Shown: positions 19,283-28,516 of the stretch, in pieces | How the letters are laid out: each line of letters starts with the position of its first letter | Numbering within the stretch: the first letter of the stretch is position 1 | IMG/VR virus record: IMGVR_UViG_3300025012_000086 | Coordinates: 1-63,871 of that record | DNA: 63,871 nucleotides | From: a virus | Lineage: Duplodnaviria; Caudoviricetes | Reading direction: 5' to 3' (one strand) | Notes under the pieces: model-generated | The model's database searches: none | Told to the model about the DNA's origin: nothing | What the model saw: only the letters and a program-made list of their open reading frames with translations | Translations under genes and position numbers: made by a program

Positions 19283-19574
19283 GGATGTCTCCTTTGATTG
19301 GTATGAGTCCGTTCTCATACATTATTTCCTGGGTACGAAACACACCTTCGTGATGCATAATCAGCAGCTCTTCACGGGTGAATCCCGGATGGCCATGATG
19401 TAAAACATTATGACACGACGAGCAACAATATGCAATAAAAAAATCAAGTCTTTTTGTCCCGACGCCACCGCCGTCAAGATGCGCCGGTACGGTAGTCTCG
19501 GGGTTGAAATTACACACCCCTGGAATCCTAACCTGGCACATCTGCCCCTTGGCGCTGTCGGTTAATTTACTCAT
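19257..19574 (-). CDS. DUF1364-like Zn/HNH-type nuclease
   Basis: SAKGQ.CQVRIPGVCNFNPETTV.AH..CS.CH. Confidence 0.75.
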   Translation of the reverse strand: MSKLTDSAKGQMCQVRIPGVCNFNPETTVPAHLDGGGVGTKRLDFFIAYCCSSCHNVLHHGHPGFTREELLIMHHEGVFRTQEIMYENGLIPIKGDIHGGKRRKR

Positions 19575-19681
19575 CAGAACACGAACGATACCAGGCCAGT
19601 GGCGATACAGGCGACAATTACCAGGAGTGTCCAGCCGATGTCGGCCCATCCGTAAATCCCAAACTCAGCAAGCTTTTTCAT
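19574..19681 (-). CDS. Small membrane peptide (35 aa)
   Basis: Coupled starts/stops, MKKLAEFGIYGWADIGWTLLVIVACIATGLVSFVF. Confidence 0.45.
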   Translation of the reverse strand: MKKLAEFGIYGWADIGWTLLVIVACIATGLVSFVF

Positions 19682-20118
19682 CTTCCCTCCTTCTCTGCCT
19701 GTTCCAGCATAGCGTTCCACATCTCGTCCTCGTTTGGCTCGGGAATGTAAAGGCTCAGGAACTCCGCAGCAAACTGTATGATCTGCCGGTAATAGGCTAT
19801 GAACTCCTTGGTTGACAGTGAAGTTGTTGACTTCACGGTGGGGATCGGCCCCTTGTCATAGGACTTCAAGAACTTATCTTTAAAGAAGGCGTGGATTGAT
19901 TCCTTCTCCTGCCCGGTAAACTCGGAGATCATCTTATATGGTCCGCCGAACAGATAGCTATTCTGCTGGATCGATCTCTTCTTCTTTTTTGGACCGACAG
20001 TCATGGTCACTTCAGTTCCCTCGAAAATCTTCAACGCAGTCGTCCAGTTATACCGATTACTCGGCACGAAAGCGCCATCCTGGATACCACCATCAACTTG
20101 TACGTCACGTTTTCCCAT
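19678..20118 (-). CDS. NinB/YbcN-like recombination protein
   Basis: KRSIQQNSY..STTSLS.KEF..Y...I. Confidence 0.7.
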   Translation of the reverse strand: MGKRDVQVDGGIQDGAFVPSNRYNWTTALKIFEGTEVTMTVGPKKKKRSIQQNSYLFGGPYKMISEFTGQEKESIHAFFKDKFLKSYDKGPIPTVKSTTSLSTKEFIAYYRQIIQFAAEFLSLYIPEPNEDEMWNAMLEQAEKEGR

Positions 20119-20140
20119 AGGGTCACCTCACTTTTCCTAC

Positions 20141-20212
20141 AATATACCGGGCAGGAAAGATTGTGTCAAGATAAAAATAACCGTTGACATTTTTTTTTAT
20201 TGGTGGTAAGAT
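20141..20212. promoter_or_regulatory. Divergent sigma70 promoters
   Basis: Leftward TTGACA-17-TATATT (20169-20141); rightward TTGACA-17-TAAGAT (20184-20212). Confidence 0.8.
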
Positions 20213-20244
20213 TCCATCAAATACTTAAGCGATTGGAGATAGAT

Positions 20245-20787
20245 ATGATAGACCATTCTGAATTACGTAAGCTGGTAAAGTATAGTAAAATCACCGGATT
20301 ATTCACGTGGAAAAAAGCCAGGCCTGGTGTCGGCGTCGGCGAGCAATGTGGCCACGTGGACAAGGACGGCTATGTCCGCATACGGCTGGCTGGGCGAAAA
20401 TACTACGCTCAAGTCCTGGCGTGGTTCTACGTTACGGGCGAATGGCCAACTGGCCAAGTCGATCACCGCGACAGGGTGCGGACCAATAACAAATGGAGAA
20501 ACCTACGGGATGTTGAGCCAGTCGTCAACGCCAATAATCGAGGGAAGTTCTCGACCAACACGTCGGGAGTTTCCGGCATTGATCGTTCCAGGGGCAAATG
20601 GAGGGTTCGAATCACGGTCGAGGGGAGGAGGGTTCAAGTCGGGATGTTCAGCAGGTTTGACAAGGCTCGATCAGCTCGACGGGAAGCCTTGTTGTCGGTG
20701 TCGGTCGATCAATCTTCTTTCTCTTCCCCGGCTCAGTCTTTTTCTCTTTCGGCCAGGAAGGAAGTTTCTAATGGCTCAGATGTTTGA
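20245..20787 (+). CDS. HNH endonuclease with AP2-like domain
   Basis: DHRDRVRTNN..NLR; GGAG SD before ATG 20245. Confidence 0.85.
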   Translation: MIDHSELRKLVKYSKITGLFTWKKARPGVGVGEQCGHVDKDGYVRIRLAGRKYYAQVLAWFYVTGEWPTGQVDHRDRVRTNNKWRNLRDVEPVVNANNRGKFSTNTSGVSGIDRSRGKWRVRITVEGRRVQVGMFSRFDKARSARREALLSVSVDQSSFSSPAQSFSLSARKEVSNGSDV

Positions 20788-20983
20788 TCAAGCTATTTGC
20801 CTTCATCCAGTTCTTTCCTGGCTGGAGAATCCTAAGACCGCTCAAGCACTCCCTACGGCACTATACAAAACTATCGCTCCGAAAATTTCAACTTCAAACA
20901 ACTGTTTGAAAGACAGTAATTACAATAATATACAAGGCAAAATGTATCATAAGTATCTGTAATCTCATAGGAACACAAGAAAA

Positions 20984-22510
20984 ATGGTAAAATCTTATTC
21001 AAGTGAAAAAATATTCGAGAAAAGACAATATCAGCTTGACGCCGTCGAGAAAGCAAGGTACAATGTAGGGCTTGGTCATAAGCGTATTATAATTCACGCT
21101 CCGACCGGTTCCGGCAAGACCAAGATCGCAAGCGACATCACAGTGTTAGGGAGGGCCAGGCAGAAGAAGATCCTGTTCCTGGCAAACCGGCGCGAGCTTA
21201 TCTTCCAGGCGAAGAACACCCTTGAGGAAACCGGCCTCAACTGCGGCCTGATTATGGCTGGTGAGCCGCACAATCACGATGCCGATATTCAGATCGCCAG
21301 TATGCAAACGTACATCAGGCGGATGGACCTTGACGAACTGAAGTTCAATCGGTGGTGGCATGACGCGGATATCATTTTCGTTGACGAGTGCCACACCTCG
21401 ATCAGTCCCTCGTACATGAAGATCCTTAAGGCGTACGGAGATAGGGCGGTGGTTATCGGCCTCACCGCAACCCCTTGCAGATCTGACGGCAGAGGCCTGG
21501 GAGAATACTACTCCAAGATAGTCAAGACTGTCAGTATCGGCGAGCTTATCAAGCTTGGGTACTTAGTACCATTTCGGTATTTCGCGCCATCTATCCCTGA
21601 TTACTCTGATGCCCCTCCTCTCGTGAATGGTGACTACGCCATCGGCTACTTGGGACAGAAGCTCAACCAGAAGAAACTGATCGGCGACATCTACGACAAC
21701 TGGTCACAGATCTGCCCAGACCGCCCGACGATAGTCTTCGCAACCACCATCGCCCACTCTATCGCGCTCGAACAGCAATTCCTCTCACGTGGCATAGACG
21801 CCAGGCACCTTGACCATAAGACCCCCAAGGACTACCGGGCGGACTCGCTCGACAGGTTTAATAATGGGCGGCTGCAGGTTCTGATCAACCACGGGATTCT
21901 CTGCGAGGGAACTGATCTACCACCGGCCTCGTGTATCATCCTTGCCAGGGGCACTAAGTCGTTAGGCAGGTACATCCAGATGGGTGGTCGTGGTTCCAGG
22001 ACCAGTATGGAAACTGGCAAGCGCGACTGTATTATCCTCGACCACGGCGGCTGCATAAACGAGCACGGCTTTCTGGAGACTGATTACGAGTGGACCCTGG
22101 ACGGCACCAAGAAGGCATGGCAGGAACAGAAGCACGAAGTAGAGGAACATAAGCCTATGATCTGCTCCTCCTGTGGTGCTGTTATGGACGGCCTGACCGT
22201 GTGTCCAGACTGCGGATCTCCCATGAAAAGGTATGGCAAGATTCGCGAGGTCCAGGACGGCGAGTTGAAAGAAGTCGGAAAGAAAGAATTTACCATGGCC
22301 GACAAGAGGCAATTTTACGGCATGTGCGAATTCTACCGCATTGAAAAGGGATATAGCGAGGGTTGGGCCTCCCATAAATATCGTGATAAATTCGGGGTCT
22401 GGCCAAACCAGATCAAGGACACAATGCCAATACAGCCAGATCAGAAGTTCTTGAACTGGATCACGTATTGCAATATCAAACATGCGAAATCAAAAGGCAA
22501 ACATGCGTGA
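20984..22510 (+). CDS. Superfamily 2 DNA helicase (YejH/RadD-like)
   Basis: APTGSGKT, DECH, TAT, QMGGRGSR, C-terminal Zn finger. Confidence 0.92.
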   Translation: MVKSYSSEKIFEKRQYQLDAVEKARYNVGLGHKRIIIHAPTGSGKTKIASDITVLGRARQKKILFLANRRELIFQAKNTLEETGLNCGLIMAGEPHNHDADIQIASMQTYIRRMDLDELKFNRWWHDADIIFVDECHTSISPSYMKILKAYGDRAVVIGLTATPCRSDGRGLGEYYSKIVKTVSIGELIKLGYLVPFRYFAPSIPDYSDAPPLVNGDYAIGYLGQKLNQKKLIGDIYDNWSQICPDRPTIVFATTIAHSIALEQQFLSRGIDARHLDHKTPKDYRADSLDRFNNGRLQVLINHGILCEGTDLPPASCIILARGTKSLGRYIQMGGRGSRTSMETGKRDCIILDHGGCINEHGFLETDYEWTLDGTKKAWQEQKHEVEEHKPMICSSCGAVMDGLTVCPDCGSPMKRYGKIREVQDGELKEVGKKEFTMADKRQFYGMCEFYRIEKGYSEGWASHKYRDKFGVWPNQIKDTMPIQPDQKFLNWITYCNIKHAKSKGKHA

Positions 22511-23429
22511 CATCAAAGAAGAAGTAATCGGTAGATGGACGTCGATCTTCGAAAAATTCGGCATCAATGTCGGCGACGGCAGGCATACAGAATGCCCCTT
22601 ATGTGGATCACCAGGCCACAAGAAGCCCTTCAGGTACGACAATATTGACGGAACAGGTTCGTGGATCTGCAACTACTGCGGCGCTGGAGACGGCTGGCGA
22701 CTCCTCATGCAAAAGCTCGGAGTGGACTTTGCCGGTGCGGTCAAGGAGGTGTCGAACGTGATAGGGGTGTGTGAGGTCCGGAAGGGTGGCAGCGAAAGCA
22801 AAGCCTCCCCGGAAGCGCTTAGGAACCTGTTTAAGAATTCGGCCCCATTACGTCACGGAGACATCGCCAGTTGGTATCTGCAGAACAGGGGGCTTAGTGT
22901 ATTCCCTCCGACCCTGCGATCAACCAAGAGGTGCTGGGAAGCCGAGAAAAGGGCATTCCGTGATGCGCTACTGGCAGTGTTTCACTCTCACCAGGGCCAG
23001 GCCCTCACCATTCATCGTACCTACCTCAACAGCGACGGCGAGAAGCTTGGCGACATCCCTGACCCCAAGCGGATCATGCCGTCTCTCGGAAAACTCTCTG
23101 GCGGTGCCGTGCGGATCTTCGAGGCAACAGAAGTCCTTGGGATAGCCGAGGGGATAGAGACATCCATAGCAGCCTATCAGCTCTTCGACGTTCCGGTGTG
23201 GGCAGCTCTTACAGCTCAGCTCCTGGAGTCGTTCGAGCCTCCCGAGACGGTAAAGGTCATGCACATATTTGCCGATAACGACAAGAATTACCACGGACAA
23301 AAGGCCGCATACGCCCTGGCTCATCGCCTTATAATTGAGGCAGCTCGCGCCAAGAGGGAGATTGAGGTATTTGTCAGGGTTCCCGAGGCGGTTGACACGG
23401 ACTGGCTGGACGTCCTGAACGCAAGGTAA
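22503..23429 (+). CDS. DNA primase (Zn-binding + TOPRIM)
   Basis: H..CP.C..C..CG.GDG; AEG.ET; ADND. Confidence 0.88.
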   Translation: MRDIKEEVIGRWTSIFEKFGINVGDGRHTECPLCGSPGHKKPFRYDNIDGTGSWICNYCGAGDGWRLLMQKLGVDFAGAVKEVSNVIGVCEVRKGGSESKASPEALRNLFKNSAPLRHGDIASWYLQNRGLSVFPPTLRSTKRCWEAEKRAFRDALLAVFHSHQGQALTIHRTYLNSDGEKLGDIPDPKRIMPSLGKLSGGAVRIFEATEVLGIAEGIETSIAAYQLFDVPVWAALTAQLLESFEPPETVKVMHIFADNDKNYHGQKAAYALAHRLIIEAARAKREIEVFVRVPEAVDTDWLDVLNAR

Positions 23430-23433
23430 AAGA

Positions 23434-23467
23434 AAAGGGCCGTCAAGATCAAACCTGACGGCCCTTT
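23434..23467. terminator. Bidirectional terminator
   Basis: AAAGGGCCGTCA/TGACGGCCCTTT stem between convergent genes. Confidence 0.75.
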
Positions 23468-23489
23468 AGTAATCTGAAACCTGCAGCAA

Positions 23490-23834
23490 CTACTGAACTA
23501 TCTCATTCCCCCAGTTTTCCCAGGAGTGGTCGATCATGATTTCTTTCGGCGCGACTCCATAGCCGCCATCGGTGATCCACCACGGCATCGAGTCAACCGG
23601 CACCAGGAAGAATTCGTCAAGCTTCTCGTGTCGGATAGTCTGTCTGAATTGCACATCACGTTCACGCCTGTCGTTATCAATCCATGCCGGTGGTTTGATC
23701 CCCATTACTCCGTGGACCCAAAGCCACTGATCGAGACGCCTGCAGCACAGGGTCATGTTGGCCATTGCCGTCCCGACGATATGTTCACGCTTGACCTTCT
23801 TTGTAGGTGCCGGTAAGAGGATGATGTCGCCCAT
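23490..23834 (-). CDS. Hypothetical protein with own promoter
   Basis: GGAGG SD, promoter and terminator flank it. Confidence 0.65.
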   Translation of the reverse strand: MGDIILLPAPTKKVKREHIVGTAMANMTLCCRRLDQWLWVHGVMGIKPPAWIDNDRRERDVQFRQTIRHEKLDEFFLVPVDSMPWWITDGGYGVAPKEIMIDHSWENWGNEIVQ

Positions 23835-23890
23835 TAAAACCTCCAGTAGAATGTTGTTTGTTTTCGGGGTGATTCCCCATTCATGTCACC

Positions 23891-23919
23891 ATTATATACC
23901 GATATAACTTCTATGTCAA
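23891..23919 (-). promoter_or_regulatory. Perfect consensus sigma70 promoter
   Basis: TTGACA-17-TATAAT on minus strand. Confidence 0.85.
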
Positions 23920-24006
23920 CATAAAAATAAATGTTGTATTTTCCCCGTTATCATGTTATATAAATACATAAGGACATAAGTTTTCAACCACAACAACGGA
24001 GGCCCC

Positions 24007-24417
24007 ATGAGAGAGTTCGAGACAGGAGCGACACGTGATGACGATGACGGAAAATTCGACTATGAAGGTTTCTTGGCACCGACCGTACTGGAGAGGTTCG
24101 CGGCCTACATGCACTTTCACCGCAAGCAGGCCAATGGCCAGTTCAGGGACTCAGATAACTGGCAGAAGGGAATCCCGAAGAAGCAGTACATGAAATCGAT
24201 GTATCGCCATTTTATGGACGTGTGGATGTTCCACCGTGGATACACGAGTCGAAACGGGGTGCTTATAGATATCGAGGAATCACTCTGCGCTCTGATGTTC
24301 AACGTTATGGGATATCTCTACGAAGTGCTCAAGAAGCGAGAGAGTGAGCGCAATGTCTTCGAGGTGGCTCGTCGGATGTGCGCGGAAAGAAATCACCCAG
24401 ACGAAGGGAGTTATTAA
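24007..24417 (+). CDS. dATP/dGTP diphosphohydrolase (DUF5664-like)
   Basis: FETGA.RD...GK..Y..NW.KG.P....S..RH. Confidence 0.75.
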   Translation: MREFETGATRDDDDGKFDYEGFLAPTVLERFAAYMHFHRKQANGQFRDSDNWQKGIPKKQYMKSMYRHFMDVWMFHRGYTSRNGVLIDIEESLCALMFNVMGYLYEVLKKRESERNVFEVARRMCAERNHPDEGSY

Positions 24418-24432
24418 TTCAAAGGCTGTGCC

Positions 24433-24690
24433 ATGAAACTTACAAAAAAACAACTGACGGAGGAATTCGGTGCGCACTGGATAATCAGAAAAATTGATGT
24501 TTTCGCCGCTTCGGAACACGGCAGGACCACCTGGACCTTCAACCTGAGAAACGTAAAACATCAAGGGATGGTTATCTACCTGAACGAGATCCAGGGCGGT
24601 GCCGTGTTTATCGAAGAGGTCTACGAAAGGCTTTTAGATATTCACGAGGAGATGGAAAATGTGCAGATGCAAGGGAGAATCAGGCAATGA
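24433..24690 (+). CDS. Hypothetical protein
   Basis: Operon-packed ORF. Confidence 0.55.
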   Translation: MKLTKKQLTEEFGAHWIIRKIDVFAASEHGRTTWTFNLRNVKHQGMVIYLNEIQGGAVFIEEVYERLLDIHEEMENVQMQGRIRQ

Positions 24691-24998
24691 GTCAGATAAT
24701 TCAGGGCAAAAAGGGCGAAAGGACGGACAATGTGGCGATTCTGGAGCAGGTTGCCCTTGTCGAGGGGGTGGAGACAGTTCTCCTTGCTGTGGGGGAAATT
24801 GTCGAGACGAGCAGGGGGCGGGAGGTTGTCCCTGTAGCGGAGATCCAGGGGATGGCAATCCCAAAGGCGGCAATTGACGACGGCACCTGTAACAAGCAGG
24901 CCATGTACGAATGTCTCATGCAGGACTGGCTGAACTTCAAGTACGGCATGCGCCCGGTCCGCAACGAAAGAATCATCATCCCAGGAGGCCGAGCGTGA
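24687..24998 (+). CDS. Hypothetical protein
   Basis: ATGA overlap. Confidence 0.6.
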   Translation: MSQIIQGKKGERTDNVAILEQVALVEGVETVLLAVGEIVETSRGREVVPVAEIQGMAIPKAAIDDGTCNKQAMYECLMQDWLNFKYGMRPVRNERIIIPGGRA

Positions 24999-25000
24999 GA

Positions 25001-25225
25001 ATGCATCCTTCGATCATGGCTCTGATATGTTTCGTCTCACTTATCGTCTGCGCCATGATAGCCGACACGGTACAGAAGCGCGATAGGTCGCAAGTGGTAA
25101 AGAATTCTCCCCCGGTAGATATAACCCTGACAATCCAAATGCAGGATACAAGCGGAAAGCTTACGCCAGTGCTATCGGGGTGCCTTATTATTCCTGGCCA
25201 GGAGGATGAAGATGAGCACAGTTAA
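25001..25225 (+). CDS. Small membrane protein
   Basis: N-terminal hydrophobic helix, GGAGG upstream. Confidence 0.5.
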   Translation: MHPSIMALICFVSLIVCAMIADTVQKRDRSQVVKNSPPVDITLTIQMQDTSGKLTPVLSGCLIIPGQEDEDEHS

Positions 25226-25475
25226 GAATACCAAGGAAAAGTCATGGTGGGAGATCGAGGCTGACGGCAAGATCATCGGGATTATGGAAGAGTCAGGATC
25301 TACCCCCGGAGAGATCAAACGCCTTGAAAATCTGCAAGGCATATCGATCAGGCCAGCAACCCCGGAAAGCCTTATTAAGTTTGGGGCCAAGACCGTCATA
25401 CCGAAGAGTAAGGTGATGCAGTTTGAGCTTGCCTTTGAGATCAGCGAGTCGAAGAAGAAGAGGTATTATTCTTGA
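25206..25475 (+). CDS. Hypothetical protein
   Basis: GGAGG SD. Confidence 0.55.
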   Translation: MKMSTVKNTKEKSWWEIEADGKIIGIMEESGSTPGEIKRLENLQGISIRPATPESLIKFGAKTVIPKSKVMQFELAFEISESKKKRYYS

Positions 25476-25500
25476 CATATCGCGATTAAAGAGGTAGGAT
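25472..25500 (+). promoter_or_regulatory. Sigma70-type promoter
   Basis: TTGACA-17-TAGGAT. Confidence 0.6.
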
Positions 25501-25582
25501 ACAGGATAAGGATAGCGATACTGGCCATTCGGTATATCGCGAGTGGCCAGTACTTCATCGACCTCTACAACTTCATTAGGAT

Positions 25583-25837
25583 ATGGAGGGGATTATGGCG
25601 GTAGAAATAGACTGGGGGCAGAATCAATGGTTCGTGAAGAACGCCCATGACTTGCTCACTGAAGAGTTTAAGGAGTGGTGGATAGACACCGAAGGAGATC
25701 CGCCAGACCCGAGGGAGGAGTCAAAGAAAACCTGCGGCGAGTACTGGCGTAAGTGCGGTTATTGCTTGATAGGGTGGCATGCTCACCAGATGGAATCGGG
25801 CGACGACTGCGAAGTTCAACCTCTTGATTTCGGGTAA
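25583..25837 (+). CDS. Hypothetical protein
   Basis: ORF downstream of promoter. Confidence 0.55.
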   Translation: MEGIMAVEIDWGQNQWFVKNAHDLLTEEFKEWWIDTEGDPPDPREESKKTCGEYWRKCGYCLIGWHAHQMESGDDCEVQPLDFG

Positions 25838-25839
25838 TC

Positions 25840-26193
25840 ATGTCCGAGCAAAGAAAACCAGACGAGGTATATCTCAAGAGGGTCAATCGGGATGATTTCG
25901 TTGGCAGGACCGAGGCCTTCAGTATGAAGATCGAGGCCTTCCTGGCGTGGCACTGGGCAATGAACTGGACGCCATCGAGCGTTCTGTTCTGGCCAAAGCC
26001 TCCCCTTAAAAACGACGACCGTAGAGACTTCTGGCGCTCAATGTATAGGGTCAGGATCGACGGCAAGTGGTTTGGCAAGAATACCAAGTACACGCTCCTT
26101 ACCAGGGATCAATTCATTGATCTGCTCGGCAAGGCAAGCCCGGAATACATGAGTACTCACACCTGGGAGGGTGACGATGGTGGAGATGACTGA
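25840..26193 (+). CDS. Hypothetical protein
   Basis: Operon-packed ORF. Confidence 0.55.
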   Translation: MSEQRKPDEVYLKRVNRDDFVGRTEAFSMKIEAFLAWHWAMNWTPSSVLFWPKPPLKNDDRRDFWRSMYRVRIDGKWFGKNTKYTLLTRDQFIDLLGKASPEYMSTHTWEGDDGGDD

Positions 26194-26569
26194 TTTCCTT
26201 GGAAACTCAATCCAGTTCTGCGACGTATGCCCTGAATGCAAACAACGGCCCGACATATACCATATGGGGCCAGACTGGTGGACGGCAATATGCTCTGATA
26301 GCTGGTGCAGCTCTCGTCCTGCTGCTCTTGGTTCGACCAAGAAAGAGGTTATCAAAAACTGGAACACAAAAATGGAGGCGTTACGCTATGAGTCGGAAAA
26401 GAGAATATCGTCCGAGGAGCAGAAACCAAATCAGCCTGGATTATCTCACGGACTATCGGAGGCCGAGAAAATTGTGGTGGGTCAAGAAGCCAGCGAAGCC
26501 GCATCCGGAAATAACTCAGGTCGTCGCTCTGACGGCTGGAGGACGTCACGCCTGGTGCGCAACGATTGA
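26171..26569 (+). CDS. Lar-like Zn-ribbon protein
   Basis: CP.C...P..C...C..KKE.I..WN. Confidence 0.5.
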   Translation: MTMVEMTDFLGNSIQFCDVCPECKQRPDIYHMGPDWWTAICSDSWCSSRPAALGSTKKEVIKNWNTKMEALRYESEKRISSEEQKPNQPGLSHGLSEAEKIVVGQEASEAASGNNSGRRSDGWRTSRLVRND

Positions 26570-26629
26570 CGGCTCACTGATCCGTAAGCCAGTTGACAAG
26601 GTGCCAAGACACCTCTGTTAAAAGGGCAA

Positions 26630-26676
26630 AAAAATAACGGGGTCGGCTGGAATTACCAACCGACCCCGTTATTTTT
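26630..26676. terminator. Bidirectional terminator
   Basis: AAAAATAACGGGGTCGG/CCGACCCCGTTATTTTT perfect stem between convergent operons. Confidence 0.85.
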
Positions 26677-26682
26677 CGAGAT

Positions 26683-27141
26683 CTACTTTATAATATAGAA
26701 GTTATTCCCGTCTCTGGTCCATCCCTGCTCTCTCATGGCCTCTGCAGGGGGCACAGCTACGAAATGCCCGGTAAGCGGCTGAACCGTGTGAGTCCTCATC
26801 CAGTGCAGGCTGGCAGAACGCCCAAACTCTGAACGAGGTTCGAGGATCAGGACACTTTCCTGGTCATGCAGTTTGGCGAGCTGAAAAACAGCATCGCTGG
26901 TGGCTTTGTAGTACAGCCACTCGTCGGCCTTCGGGAAAACCGCGTAACTAATTTCCCTCTTACCATCCCAGCTACCTTCGACCTGCTTGATATTGGCGCA
27001 GCGACCGAGACGAGCCTTCACATACTCCATTTCCTGGCTGGCATTCCCAGAGGTATTGACGGCGAAGATGAAGCATACGTCGTTGAATCCACCTTCACTG
27101 TTGTTATGCCGTGCCTTAAACTCCTGTAAGCTATTCCCCAT
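26683..27141 (-). CDS. S-adenosylmethionine lyase (T3 SAMase)-like protein
   Basis: EGSWDG.RE.S..V..LA..HDQESVL pattern; GGAGG SD; early operon. Confidence 0.6.
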   Translation of the reverse strand: MGNSLQEFKARHNNSEGGFNDVCFIFAVNTSGNASQEMEYVKARLGRCANIKQVEGSWDGKREISYAVFPKADEWLYYKATSDAVFQLAKLHDQESVLILEPRSEFGRSASLHWMRTHTVQPLTGHFVAVPPAEAMREQGWTRDGNNFYIIK

Positions 27142-27152
27142 GACAACCTCCG

Positions 27153-27362
27153 TTAATAGTTGAAGGACCATTCCTCGTAATTGTCGTTTTCCGTGGCTAG
27201 CTCAACCTGATACCAGTCGAGTCTGTTCGCCCAGAAATCGAACTCTTCCATATCGACGCACTGAGCAAGCTTAATCCGGTGTTCCCGGATCTCTTGCTCA
27301 AGGTGCGCCACCAGATCTTGGTGCCACAGGATCTTTTCCGTGGCGCTTGGTCGGAATTTCAT
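27153..27362 (-). CDS. Small acidic early protein
   Basis: GGAGG SD, coupled. Confidence 0.6.
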   Translation of the reverse strand: MKFRPSATEKILWHQDLVAHLEQEIREHRIKLAQCVDMEEFDFWANRLDWYQVELATENDNYEEWSFNY

Positions 27363-27568
27363 AAGGCCTCCATCATGTGAAAGACACAGAAGCCGATTAT
27401 GACCGCCAGCCTCATGAGACTTTCGTCCTCATCAACATGGATAGTCAGTACCCCGTCATCGGGATTGATCGCCCCCCAGACACACTTTCCAGGGTTTTCG
27501 TCAACAAGCTTCATCAGCTCGGCAGTTTCGAAAGCTGTCGGCAGTCTATGCGAATGAGATTGCGTCAT
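27359..27568 (-). CDS. Small early protein
   Basis: Coupled ORF. Confidence 0.55.
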   Translation of the reverse strand: MTQSHSHRLPTAFETAELMKLVDENPGKCVWGAINPDDGVLTIHVDEDESLMRLAVIIGFCVFHMMEAL

Positions 27569-27758
27569 GACCTTCAGTCTCCTCTACCATGTTGCTATGG
27601 GAAGTGAATTGTATCCCGTTATCTCTGCCCCAGCGAACCGCGTCCATCCTGACCCTGAAGCCTTCCTTTACCGTCTTGACGATCTTGCCAGTCTGGTCAT
27701 CCCGAAGGAGGACAGACCAGCTCTTGTAACTGGTACGTTCCGCAACGTAATATCTCAT
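27546..27758 (-). CDS. Small early protein
   Basis: GGAGG SD. Confidence 0.6.
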   Translation of the reverse strand: MRYYVAERTSYKSWSVLLRDDQTGKIVKTVKEGFRVRMDAVRWGRDNGIQFTSHSNMVEETEGHDAISFA

Positions 27759-27761
27759 GGC

Positions 27762-27896
27762 CTACCTCCTCGCAATCTGCTCAGCCAGTTGGACGGCGAA
27801 TTCAGCCGCCTCCTGTATCGAGTCACAGCTCACTGTGATTTTCAACTCGTCACACTTTACTATCCAGTAGACATCAAATTCTATTGTTATCTTCAT
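27762..27896 (-). CDS. Small early protein (44 aa)
   Basis: GAGGA SD, MKITIEFDVYWIVKCDELK... Confidence 0.5.
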   Translation of the reverse strand: MKITIEFDVYWIVKCDELKITVSCDSIQEAAEFAVQLAEQIARR

Positions 27897-27899
27897 GGC

Positions 27900-28073
27900 C
27901 TATCCTCTTGCGTTGCACAGGCCCATGTCGATAAGGTCGGAAGCCAGTCGGCCATACGACCCTTGGAGGTGCCAAACCGTTCCCTCGTCTATAAGCTCTT
28001 GGAAGAACTCAACGATTTCTTCGTCTGTCATCTCGCCATTCTCATAAGCAATAATCTTGTCAATGTAATCCAT
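27900..28073 (-). CDS. Small phage protein (57 aa)
   Basis: AAGGAG SD; MDYIDKIIAYENGEM..FFQELID.G.VW.LQG.YGR.A. Confidence 0.65.
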   Translation of the reverse strand: MDYIDKIIAYENGEMTDEEIVEFFQELIDEGTVWHLQGSYGRLASDLIDMGLCNARG

Positions 28074-28175
28074 AGTAATTCTCCTTAGTTAAGTATACTT
28101 ATTATTAAAATCTTCGGGTCTTGATTAGCCTCGCCTTTCGTCGTCCAGTCTCGCCCTGGGTCATTCTATGTCTCC

Positions 28176-28204
28176 AATGTACACCTTGGTCCGGACGGTG
28201 TCAA
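28176..28204 (-). promoter_or_regulatory. Early leftward promoter
   Basis: TTGACA-17-TACATT. Confidence 0.7.
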
Positions 28205-28372
28205 TAGCTTTTTTTCGTGAATGCGATTTTTTTTGTGCATGGTCCGCAAGTATGTATTAAGGTTGTCTTATAAACACAGCACCACCGCCGTACCAAGGCG
28301 TCGTTGCAGCAGGATTCGCTACCTGTCTCAGGCCGTGGCCTTAAAAAAGTCACGGCCACTTGCGAGGAATAA

Positions 28373-28516
28373 ATGGCAAAACGAAAACTTAAAACCTGCT
28401 GGTCCTGCGTCTGGCATCATGAGCACAGATACCGGCTGACCGCGTTCCTGTGCTGCAAGGTAGCCTGCGCCTGCTACTGGCTGAAATACTACTGGAGGAA
28501 GGCATGGGATCGATAA
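28373..28516 (+). CDS. Cys/Trp-rich 47-aa peptide
   Basis: GAGGA SD; MAKRKLKTCWSCVWHHEHRYRLTAFLCCKVACACYWLKYYWRKAWDR. Confidence 0.45.
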   Translation: MAKRKLKTCWSCVWHHEHRYRLTAFLCCKVACACYWLKYYWRKAWDR

